Of a stretch of 64,000 bases of DNA, positions 11,561 through 22,687 are shown in pieces (within the stretch, counting starts at the first letter, position 1; each line of letters begins with the position of its first letter). A model generated the notes under the pieces. It was given only the letters and a program-made list of their open reading frames with translations. It did no database searches and had not been told where the DNA came from. The DNA is taken from positions 2,232,001 to 2,296,000 of the forward strand of contig CP089280.1 in assembly GCA_023920165.1 (NCBI GenBank), read 5' to 3'. This DNA is from Curvularia clavata. Its lineage: Eukaryota. The position numbers and the translations under genes were made by a program.

Positions 11561-12761
11561 AAAAAGTGACGACAGCGATATATTCGATCAGGCCAAAGAG
11601 CCAAGGAGAAGATAGAGTAGCTAGCTCCCATGAAGTAATCAATGACACGCTAGCATTCCTGACAATATGCACATATGTAAACAGTCAACGGATGAAGGTG
11701 GAGACGGCATGTTTCATGCTGTGAGTGGACCAGAGGATTGTATCTTTGGCTGCAGATGATTAAACAGCACTGTTATGGCTGGGTGATCCATGGGCATCTC
11801 GTTTCGACTTATTGCCATAGGATGACTGTTTAGTGGGCATTGAAACGCACCACAAGGCCACAAACAATATACCCTAGGTATCCTTGGCTGAATAACGGCA
11901 CGTGATGGCAGTCGACAGATTTTGCTGGTACGGCCGGGCTGTAGATCAGCGTAACCGTAATGCAGCCCATGGATGATGTGGCGGGCTAGCAGAGGCCATG
12001 ACGTTGTAGACAGCTTTGGTTCTGGTTTACTGGTAGAAGAGCCGGCGTCTCCGCTCAAGGAGGATACTAGCGGGACCGCAAAGCAGGTGTTCCTGTTCCC
12101 GCCATGAGGGGCTTGATGGAGTAGGCCAAACGCACTGGAGTTGCATATATGGAAAAGGACCGAGCCGCATCTCCTTTTGAGGGGCAGGACGCCTAGGAAC
12201 AGGCTAGCGCTTAGGCTAGCGACGCACCAATGTGGTGCAACAAGGCCAGGCGACGTGTTTCAGAAGAACAGGGCAGGGGCGTGCGTTTGGGGAAGCAGCG
12301 ACCCGGCGACGACACCAAAATAATCCACCTTCCTCTTGCCTGGCTGCACCATCACCACCGCCAACCTACACCACCCGCCGCTCTTCACGAGTCCAAGCCT
12401 GGCACGCCCGCTACCATTGCCATTCACTCGCCTGCACCGCCTCGCCCGCCGGCTGCGCCTCCGAGAGTTGCATGTCCGTCACACATCAGCGCTCCCACTC
12501 CACTCCACTCCGCTCCGCCGCTGCTGCCCCAGCCGCTTCTCCCTCGACAGACGACCTACCGACGCATGCGACGCCTCTGATTCTGCCGCTGGACGACGGA
12601 CGCGATCGGGCACCCTTTGTTTGCACTGCCAAAGCAACGCCGACGGGGCTTCCAGAGTCCCTGTGCGAGCCGCTCCGACCAACTGCGCCGCACTTTGCTT
12701 GGCCGTCACTCAACGCCCGCCAGCCCCCAAACATTGACGACGCCGCGAGGCATGAGCTAGG

Positions 12762-15700
12762 ATGACGCGCCCTCACATTATCAGAGCAGGTAGGCACCCA
12801 GCCAACGCGCATGCCCTCCGACCCGTACAGGCTAACATAGGAGGAAAGACACGATTGACCTGCAGGATAAGACCGCCCCGACTGCCCAGGATCATTCTCA
12901 CCAACCAGAGCACCCGGCGCCTCTTGGAATAGGCCCAGCAGCGCCCCATCAGCAGGCCGCCATTCGCAGTGTAGAGAAGGAGCGTTCTTCCGAGGAGGCA
13001 CGCCTGCAGGATGCCTGGAGCCATGCTAACAACACGCTTCGCGACGACCCCGGCTCCGACGACGACCGCACCATCACAAACAATGGCCATGGACATCACT
13101 CTATGCACGATGAACAGGCTATTAGGTTGAACGGCGGCGCGCTTGTTGATGGGGATGACGCCGACATGCAGGATGCCGATGTCGACGAAGACATGGACGA
13201 CGACATGATGGACAAAATCTCGAGTTCGCCCTCTATAGACGATGGTGGGTATTTTTCACTTTATTCTCCCCTGCCCTGGCCGGCAAGACACCAGTCTCTG
13301 ACTCCGCGGTCTTCGCCCTTTCCGTCACCACTCGCTTCTTCATCTCCTTTTACAAACACACCCACTCATTTTCCTATCTCTGTCGATGCTGCAAGACCTT
13401 CCAGTGTCTCATCGTCCGACAACTCTCCTTTGTCAAGATTTCAATTCTCATCCACACCCATTTCTTTCCATCCACTTCAATCTACAGAAAATCTGTCAAC
13501 GGAGCATCATCTTGGTGAGTGTACCGGGACAAGGACCGCCAATGTACCGGACAAAGAACATCACATCAACACCGACGCGAGTGTGAGCCCGAGGTCCCTC
13601 AACTTGAAGGTAATCGAAAGGCGCCTACAGCTGATGAAGCTGATGAGCGAGGACTCGGAAGCATCACTCATTTCCGACCTCGATGAGGAAGAGGTCAGGA
13701 ACACACTGAGACCCATCAGCCGTTCCTTGCTCGACGTCTCAGATGACCCGTTCTTGGACTACGAACCCAGCTCAGCTGAGCAACTGAGAACGACGCCTTG
13801 GCTCAGCCCACAGTTCAACGAAGAAAACGACTTTGACTCCGATTCTTGGATTACCGACAGTGATGCCGACTCCTGGGACGAGAACTTTGACTCAAAATAC
13901 GATGATGCATCCATTGACATCTCCTTTTCTCATGAATCCAGATTTATCGACTCAGGCTGGGGAGGCGAATGCTTACGAGAAACAGAGGACATTGATTTCG
14001 AATTCGTCTACGCTCTACATACATTCGTTGCGACGGTAGAGGGTCAAGCAAATGCAACCAAAGGTGACACAATGGTGCTGCTGGATGACAGCAACAGCTA
14101 CTGGTGGTTGGTGCGAGTGTCCAAGGACAACAGCATCGGTATGTATCAACGCTCAAAGTACCATGCTTAGCTGACCAGTCAAGGCTATCTACCCGCGGAG
14201 CACATTGAAACACCCACGGAGCGTCTGGCCCGCCTCAATAAGCATAGGAATATCGACCTCTCTGCGACAATGCTTGGCGACACCGCCGAGAAGACTAAAA
14301 ACCCACTCAAAAAGGCCATGCGACGGAGGAATGCAAAGACGGTACAATTCGCGCCACCAACCTATGTCGAGGCATCAGACTATGACTACTCCTCGGACGA
14401 GGGCGAAGGCGAACTTTTCGGAGGCCCTGAACCAAAGGAAATGCAACAGCAGCAGCAGGCTGCAGCACAAAACAGCAATCCATCCCAAGATGAGGACATG
14501 CAAGTGCAGCCGCTCAAAGTTAATGGAGCAAAGAAGGATGGCAATGTGCAGCCGGATGGCGACGCCCGGCGCTCCAGTGACGACTCCAACAAACAGGACG
14601 GACAGCGAGGAAGCGAAGACAACCTGGATCGACCATTGGACCCCAAGGTATCGCGCAACGGCACACTACGCAACACCGACTCTTTCTTCAAAGACGACAA
14701 CACCGAAACACGCAAAATCACTCTTACGCCCAATATCCTTCGCGACGACTCAAGTTCCTCAACGACAGGCTCCCGAGAACGTGGGCCAAGTCTGGAGAGC
14801 TTGGAAAAGAACGGCTTTGCAGACAAGGTCAAGGATGACAAGAGAAAGAAGGAGAAGAAATCGGGCATGCTAAGCGGGCTGTTCAAACGTAAAGACAAGA
14901 AGGGTAAAGGTCCACAGGATTCACTGGACAGCGATATCGACAAGCAGGAGGAGGTGGATCGCAGCTCACCCCAATCGAAACCCTCAGACGAGCTTGCGGA
15001 ACGGCCGTCAAATGAGCAGGTGACTGCCCCTGCACCTTTGAGACAATCAAGCAAGAAGAAATCACAAAATCGGCCGACTCATCGAGACGAATCTCCGATC
15101 AAGACAAAGGGCATCTTGAAGACAGAGAGTCCTACGGACATGGATCCAGAAGATGATATGGACGCCGCAAATGAGGAGCCTGTCACGCAGCAGATGACCT
15201 CCTCGATGCGCTTGGTGCCACCAGAACAGGACGACACAGGCAAATCGCCTGCCGTAGAGCAAACGCCATCTGTCTCGACCTCGACCTCCACAACCTCAAA
15301 GAACCCCTTTAGTGCTCTGATGAAAACTCAACATGAAGGAGAGGTGAAGCGCGAAAAGGTCACCAAAGCCAAGCAGCGTGTGCAGTTGGACGATTTCGAC
15401 TCTGATGAAAGCAATGATCCTTTTGCAGACCCTGAAGCCGAACGTAAATCCAGTGAGGCCCAGCGTTCAGAATCCGCTGGGCGTCTGTCAGAATCGCCCG
15501 TACATATCTCTGTTGCCGATGTACAAGCAGCTCAGAAAGAGAATGGGACCGATAGAGAAGTTGATTCTCATCATGCTCCAGGTCTGTCGACCGACAGCTC
15601 AAGCCAAGAGACTAACTCACCCATATCGACGCCAACGCCCGACGACAGTCCCACTAAAACTGTTCAGGACAGTGCCGGTGCCCCACGGTCTCAGTCGGGG

Positions 15701-16120
15701 AACACTTCCCCTACGCAAATCGCGTCCAATTCGACTATACCTCCTCCCACACGACCCGCGCCCATCCCTGTCGAAGAATCCGAGCCATCTCCTCCTGCTT
15801 CTTCAGAGAGTACCATACTCCCTGCCTGGTCTGATGCTTCACTACGTGCCTATCTTGATGATGGCAGCGAAATTAGAGATATGCTCGTCGTTATCAATGA
15901 CACTACCGGTGTTGTACCAGTCGGACCTGACCATCCACTTATGAAGGACTATCTTGCCGAGGAGACAAAAACCATGCAAGGCCTGAGCGGCGAGCTTGAT
16001 CGCCTACTCAACGGACTGATGGAGAAGTCGATGAAAAGAGCGGGTAGTGCAGCTAGCAAGACTAGCACAACGCGTAGTACCAGCGCCAACGGCAGGTTGA
16101 GCGCAGGGGCAACATATTGA
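12762..16120 (+). CDS. SH3-domain cell-end marker / PP1 regulatory subunit, Tea4/Bud14/TeaC family
   Basis: Start MTRPHIIRA|DTIDLQD (intron 12790-12848); SH3 DFEFVYALHTFVATVEGQ..DDSNSYWWLVR..G|YLPAEHIETPTERLARLNKHRN (intron 14139-14183); PP1-docking KTVQF; C-terminal WSDASLRAYLD. Optional in-frame intron 13245-13985. Confidence 0.88.
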
Positions 16121-17285
16121 AGGAGTAAAGGCTGGTCCGAAGTCATTCATCATTGTTGGTATACCCCGAACACTTGATCTGCTTGTGTTTTTTTTTCTGT
16201 CCTTGACCGGCGTTAACTTCGAGACCTCGGACACCTCATGTGGGACGATTTTGGGATTTAATTGGGGGTTTTTGGAGGGTACGGTTTTGGTACCCTTTTC
16301 TTTTCTTCGTGTCACACTACTATGCCCTTTCATCCCCCTTTCTACTTTCTACTTTCTGATTTCTTTTTTCTTTCTTCGAGCTCACACGGGCTAGAGGAAG
16401 TATTTACTTGGGCGCACTATTGGAAGTATTTTCTTTTTCTTTCTTTCAACTTTACGTGCCCTGAATCCCCCTCATCTTGGAGGATTGTGCAATGTGGTGG
16501 ATTCGGGCCCACATCACCTTTTTTTCTACATGACCATCTGCAATACCCCCCTTCTTATACTTTCAATCACCTGAACATGTCAATCTCACTCGTTTGCTAT
16601 TTCGACCTCGCTTTTTTTCGGTTCTCTTTGCTTTTTTGTCTTCATCAAGGCATGCATGTCCGCGGAGGGAGGTTTCTTATTCGCAATTTGTGGGGACAGA
16701 CTTTGGTCTCTACCACTTGTACCCTTGCCAACATATCTGCCTTTTCCATTTCATGTACGTGTATCAGCATATTCAAGTATAGCTTTACTCTCTCCCTCAT
16801 GTGAGGATGAATTGAGTCAAGCTTGGAAATACACACCGTTGTCCCCTGTTTTCTTCTCTTTGATACTTGCATGAGGTTTTTGTAATGTGAGTAAGCCGCA
16901 GGCAGGAGGGAGGTAGTAGATAGGATTTTGGTTTGCTACATGGTGAGGTTTGTGACTGCCTGGAGTAGTGTGATGAAAGTGATGAGCTTCTCTTTTTCTT
17001 GGATCTCAACATGGGTTTCCCTCCTTTTCCAAGATAAGATTATGATTTTATAAGATCATTCTAATAAACGATTAGATAACTAGGAAAGATGAGACGGTTT
17101 CGACATTCCTTAAGGCCCTGCCGGTAGCACGAGGCATTTGAGGAAACCTTTATTTTGGACACTGACACCAGCAATGGCTCTAGGAAAAACGATAACCATG
17201 ATTCTGCATATATCGACTTTTCATGTTCGCTGCTCTGAACGAGAATCTCAAATTTGACATGAGTATTCCACGCGACAAAATCCCC

Positions 17286-19224
17286 TCACACACTCTCCCT
17301 CAGTACCGCCTTAGCCGGCTTCTCATCCCCCGCTGCCTCCTCCGCCTCCTGCAGCCCCAGACTTTGCGCAATCTGAAACAACCTTGTCTTCTCCTCATGT
17401 GCAGTACCATCTCCAAACACCGCATCCATTTCCTCAAGCGACTTTCCCCTCGTCTCCGGAATCCAAAACCACGTAAACCCAAACGCCACGAGGGCAAAAC
17501 CCGCAAAGAAAATATACGTTCCAAAGCCAATCGACTCTAGCATATCCGGCGTCACAAGCCCAATGATGAAATTGCACATCCAGGTGGAAGAAGTGGTGAG
17601 CGACATGGCTTTGGAGCGGTTACCCAGGTTGTAGATTTCAGAGGGAAGCACCCAGCCGATGGGCGCCCACGAGTACGAGAAGTTGATGTCGTAAATGTAG
17701 ATGAAGGCGATGCCGGTCCAGCCTGCGGCGGGGTGAGAAGCCAAGGAGGAACCATAGCCGCCGATTACGCCACCGACGATGAGCAGAGAGATGCAGGTGC
17801 CGGCTGCACCGCAGAGGAGAAGTGGCCTGCGGCCGACTTTGTCGATGAGGAAGAGGGCGGGGAGCGTAGAGAGCGTGTTTACTATACATGTGGTTAGGAA
17901 GTTTGTCGCTTTTGGCGGATAGGAGGGAGGGCGGCTTACCGATGCCGTAGACGCCTGTTGCCAGGAGCCCCGTTGTCTTGCCTGACAAGCCCAATTGCCC
18001 GAATATCGTGGGAGCGTAGTAAATGATTGCGTTACCTTTATCCGTTAGCCCAAAAAAAAAAGAATGCCTCGTGGTGGAAGTTCAGTGTGCCTTACATCCG
18101 ATGAATTGCTGGAAAAACATAGTACAGCAACCTATCGCTGTGCGCTTAAACGACGGCCATGTGGAAAACAGCGTCGAGTATCCTGCAAGATACAGCGAGA
18201 CGCCGGATTTACCAGGGAACTTCTCTCTGTTGTATGTCTCTTCGAATATGACTTCTGAGCGGATAGCCAGATACTCTTTCTGCACGACTGGGTCATCGGG
18301 CTGCGCGCGCCGCACACGGGCTAGAGCGCGGAGCCCAGCTTCTTCGTTGTCGCGCATGCAGTAGTATCGAGGCGACTCTGGGAAGAAAAGCATACCGATT
18401 CCCAGCACGAGGCCAGGGAATATTTGAATTGCAAAGGGGACGCGCCATGCGGCGTCGCTTTGGCCGGTGCAGCCGTTTGGACCGACGTCGTTGATGGGGT
18501 CGAAGCTGGGCTCTGATGCGGTACCACCAGTGTATGGTATGTTGGGGGCACACCGAGTGCCGCCAATGTACTGGGTGCCGTACTCAAGCCAGTAGGAGAC
18601 GAGAATGCCTAGCGTGATGGAGAGTTGTTGCAGGACGACAAGCGTGCCTCTGATACCAGCGGTGGAGACCTCGCTCATGTACATGGGGACGATCATGGTG
18701 AGCATTCCAACAGCGAAACCTGCGATTGCTCGACCTAAAAACTCATCAGTTAGACTCTTGAATCAATAGTGGCAAGATGGGTTTCCATACCAGCAAAAGC
18801 CATGGGAATACTTATAGCGCCTGCTTGTAGCGCAGACCCAATGGTGAAAATCACAACGGCGATTATGATCGAACCCTTGCGGCCAAAGCGATCTGCAACG
18901 GGACCATTGACGAGGGACCCGAACCAAGCAGCGAGCAGGAGAGTCGAGACAAACCAGCCTTTGAACGAGCTGTCGAGGTAGATGCGAGGGAAGGCTGCGG
19001 CGAAGGACTCCATGGTTAGGACGCCAGAGATTACGCCTTGGTCGTAGCCGAAGAGGAAGCCACCCAAAGAAGCGAACTACAGAGGGTCAGTCGTAGAAGG
19101 GTGAATTGATCCAGAGAATATTTACAGCTGAGAGGCCAAGGAGGTATGGGTTCTGTCGCAGTTCCTTGTACACACTGATCTTCTGGGCAGGCCCAGGGCC
19201 GTCGACAAATGCTGGGTCAGACAT
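17286..19224 (-). CDS. MFS sugar porter (monosaccharide/polyol:H+ symporter family)
   Basis: GGFLFGYDQG, DRFGRK, VPMYMSE..RG..QQL, PESPR, QQFIG, IDKVGRRPL, SWAPIGWVLPSEIY, PETRGKSLEEMD; four short introns. Confidence 0.93.
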
Positions 19225-19310
19225 ATTGGCCGGAGTCTCAAAGATGTGCCAAATTGACCTGCTTGAATGAATCCTGAAAACGAGGACAGACAAAGCATCG
19301 CGATGTCGGA

Positions 19311-19320
19311 TTTTATATAT
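19311..19320 (-). promoter_or_regulatory. TATA box of the sugar porter gene
   Basis: ATATATAAAA on the minus strand, ~90 bp upstream of ATG 19224. Confidence 0.55.
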
Positions 19321-19372
19321 GCTTACAGATCACTCAACATCAGGCCTTGCAACACCACGATGCACACGACCT

Positions 19373-19389
19373 CGGAGCACAGTCGTCCG
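19373..19389. promoter_or_regulatory. Gal4-type UAS (CGG-N11-CCG), site 1
   Basis: CGGAGCACAGTCGTCCG; close to the Gal4 17-mer consensus; in the porter/kinase divergent promoter. Confidence 0.75.
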
Positions 19390-19518
19390 ACCCCACAATA
19401 CCGTCAAACCTGCAGCCATGGAGACAAAATACTATGCAAGTTGTCCCAATTTTTTCCCCGCATGCACAACATTTCCTGATTCATGCTATAAAACTGGGGA
19501 TCGAACATGACTTGTGCA

Positions 19519-19535
19519 CGGACTACAGTGCTCCG
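19519..19535. promoter_or_regulatory. Gal4-type UAS (CGG-N11-CCG), site 2
   Basis: CGGACTACAGTGCTCCG; reverse complement CGGAGCACTGTAGTCCG is 15/17 identical to site 1. Confidence 0.75.
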
Positions 19536-19698
19536 AAACCCCCCCACAGGGCACGCTTCTTGATGATGAGAGAGCAGCTTGGCATTCGTAGTCCTACTAT
19601 TATGGCCGAGTCGTTGCAAAACATTGAGCTTGACCATATCTTCTCATAACTTTCCATCATCTTACTACTCATTTTGCTATTCCCCTCTCAGTGGCGAG

Positions 19699-20508
19699 AT
19701 GACGAACGACACGCGTGTGGATAAGCTTCCTGCCGCTATCCTCGATTTAGTCAAGCGCTCGGAAAAGCTGCTTGCTCGCCAGGCGGCCGACCCTAGTCGC
19801 CGCATGCTTGTTGCGCTTGCGGGTGTGCCTGGTGCGGGCAAGTCGACTGTTTCCGATGCGCTCTTGATAGAGTTGGCAGCACGAGGCATCAGAGATGTTG
19901 CGGTAGTGCCAATGGTAAGATGCCGTTGCAGCGACAGCAACAAGGTTCTGACGGGATCAGGACGGTTTCCATTACACCCGTGAAGTGTTGTCGACGTTTG
20001 AGGATGCGGAGTTGGCGTTCAAGAGACGCGGAGCCCCATTTACTTTTGATGCGGAAGGGTGTGTTAGGCTTGTCAAATTGCTCAAGTCTACGCCTGTTAC
20101 TGTCGAGGGTGAGGAGGATTTGTGTGTAACTGCACCGAGCTTTGATCATGCGGCAAAGGATCCGGTGCAGGATGGGATTCGCATCTCTTCTCGTACACGG
20201 CTCATCATCATCGAGGGTAATTATACGTTATTGAGACAGAAACCATGGGATCAAATCGCAGAGATCTGTGATGAGAGGTCTGTAATTGCTGTCTATCCAT
20301 TAACGCCGCGTCCGGACTGACAGTGTATAGATGGTTTGTGGATGCGCCTGTAGATGTCGTCCGTGATCGTCTAGCACAGCGACATCTTGCTGCTAGAATT
20401 GAGACCTCGAAAGCGGCTGCCGTTGCCAGAGCTGAAGAGAACGATATCCCCAACGGCGAGCTGATACGATCATTACTCATCCAGCCTGACGTCGTCATCG
20501 AGAATTGA
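19699..20508 (+). CDS. P-loop kinase, phosphoribulokinase/uridine kinase superfamily, Yfh7/YggC/FrcK-like
   Basis: Walker A GVPGAGKST; PM|DGFHY (intron 19915-19960); RRGAPFTFD; APSFDHAAKDP; IIIEGNY; R|WFVD (intron 20278-20330); RAEENDIPNG. Confidence 0.88.
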
Positions 20509-20554
20509 TGCAATATCAGAGCATACAATGGAGGCTGAGAGAACTCTTGACGTT

Positions 20555-22687
20555 CTAGAAATTTGTCGTGGACAAGTCCCAGTCGAAAGAGTTGAACAGT
20601 TCATTGGACTCGACGGACCATGGGAAAGCACTCAAAGCATCCTTATCCAGCTCGAAGTTTTGAAATGTAGAGGAATTGAGATCCTCGGTAGACACGACTT
20701 GGTCTAGGATGGCTACACATCGTGCTGAGAGGGAGTCCTTGACGAGGTGTTCGCGAAATGTAGTCCTGGCTAATCGTACGTCCTCAAGCCAGGTGGGCAT
20801 TTCCTGGGCGGAGGGAAAGCTGATTATGCAAAGCGTGATGACTAGAGCGGAATGAAAGAGGAAGTATCTATAAAAATTCGTCAGCTACCAGGGCTTTGGT
20901 GACCGAGAGATGCTTTATACTTACGTTGCGTACCAGCCTTCTAATCTGCTTGGCTCACTCGTGGTGTACTGATGGATTGAGGTAACAGTAGAATGTGCCG
21001 CCTCCAAACAAATCCGCTTACATTCTTCCTGCGCCGACTGCGTAGCCTCATCTGGGATTTGACCCCGTTCGGCAATTGCGCGGCGAAGCAGAATCTGTCG
21101 GAAGATGATAATCTTGAGGTTCCAAAACCTCCACCACAGGCGCGACCGCGCGAAGATGTACCACCGGGCTGACATGTATGGCGGTTGAGTCAACTGAAAG
21201 TACAGGGGTACGGTGTGTGTCCATGCGTCCATGGTAGTGTTGAAGGAGAGGGCTGCTTCAGCGGACAAGCCAGGCTCAGCCAGTAATCTGTTGGAGATGT
21301 GGTTAGTGCTCAAATGAAAGCTACTTTGCTCTCGAAGTGAGGAGTAGATTGTTGGAGTATTAAGTTCGATAGGTAGGTGCGTGGTTTGTGGTGTGAGTGC
21401 CTGGTTCTGGTTAGCTATATGCTAATCATCGTTGCACCGTACAAGTCGCCTACCTCATCATTGATGTTGAGGACAGAATGCACATTCATAGAGTTTTGAT
21501 CAGGCAACATGATTGCTCGGCCAAAAGTCGTAGATGCTCCGCTGTCGAAAATGTACAGCCCCCACCAGATTCTGCGTCTTGCCTCACGTTCGATCAGGCT
21601 GATATTCCAGTGCGGAAGCTCTCTATGAAGGGCTAAGCTCAGCGCCGTGCGCACCGCAAGACCTAGCAGATTCCATCCCGTGTTTGGGCTGTTGCGCTTC
21701 TGGCTAAGATTACTCAGCAATACCAGTGCTTGGACAGACGACAGGCTGGCGGCTTCAAATACGGACTGGTCTTGGCCGATGGCGAGGGCTCGACGATAGA
21801 GGTAGTCTTCAAGGCCAATCTGATCGTTGTTTGTCGTCCATGCGCCGAGAGCTATGATTGCGTGGTACAACATGTCCCAGGATTTCTTGGGCGGCCGTGG
21901 AACTACTTCATAGTACTGTGCGCGAAAAGTTGCCTCATGAACGAAGGGGTAGACAACGTGAAAATTGAGAAAGTAGGCATCGATCAGGCTGGCTGAAAGC
22001 TGTTTGGCGAGAGCAGCATGTGACACGTGCGACGAGGCGAGAACTTTTTTGAAAGCCGAAGAAGGCGTCGGGACACGTTGCTGAGGTGGTGCTCCAGTCT
22101 GATGCAAGAATCCAGCCCAATCGAGCAAGCAACGCAGAAATACTACACCAGAGGTTGAGCCTGACGATATTTTAGTAACACGTTTGTTATGTCGTCAAGA
22201 GGAGCTGACCTAGGTACCCTACCCCTGTAGGCTCAACGGATAGGGCGGCCATGCCATCAGTCAATCCGTCTACATTGACCTCCTCTTCTTGCCAGTTGAA
22301 TCCATCGACGTTGTTTGGTACCGCTTCCGGAAGGGGAGGTTCATTGGAGCTAGAGGTAGTACTGCCCTGAGGGCTCAGGGCTGTCTCTGGCGTTCGTGGC
22401 TTAATTACAGGCGGGGTTGGGACAGCGACATTAGGAGAAGAAAGGATTTCTTCAATGTCAACACCGGGAACCAACTGGCCAACCAGTGCTTCCAGACATT
22501 GCAGCCTTTTCTCTACGCTGGTGAGGTAGGCCCTGGTCAGTGGCGATCTGATGATCTTGCCGCTGTAATGGCACTGTGCACCGCTGTGTGCGCAAGCAGC
22601 ACAGAAAGGCGTCTCTTTTGAGCACTTGAGCTTCTTTGCGCGACAACGATCGCATGATAGGGCATCCTTTGGCCTTCGGTGCTCCAT
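20555..22687 (-). CDS. Gal4/Lac9/GalX-like Zn(II)2Cys6 transcription factor
   Basis: [28 protein letters not shown] followed by [23 protein letters not shown] (Gal4: [23 protein letters not shown]); fungal TF middle-homology region ([26 protein letters not shown]); acidic/aromatic tail; three introns. Confidence 0.9.

Noticed and set aside
12230..13108. Several overlapping 110-180 aa ORFs upstream of TeaC
   Set aside because: GC-rich promoter/5' UTR; Pro/Arg-rich translations without motifs.
16185..16874. Phe-rich 'membrane protein' ORFs
   Set aside because: Artefact of a T-rich 3' UTR/terminator region.
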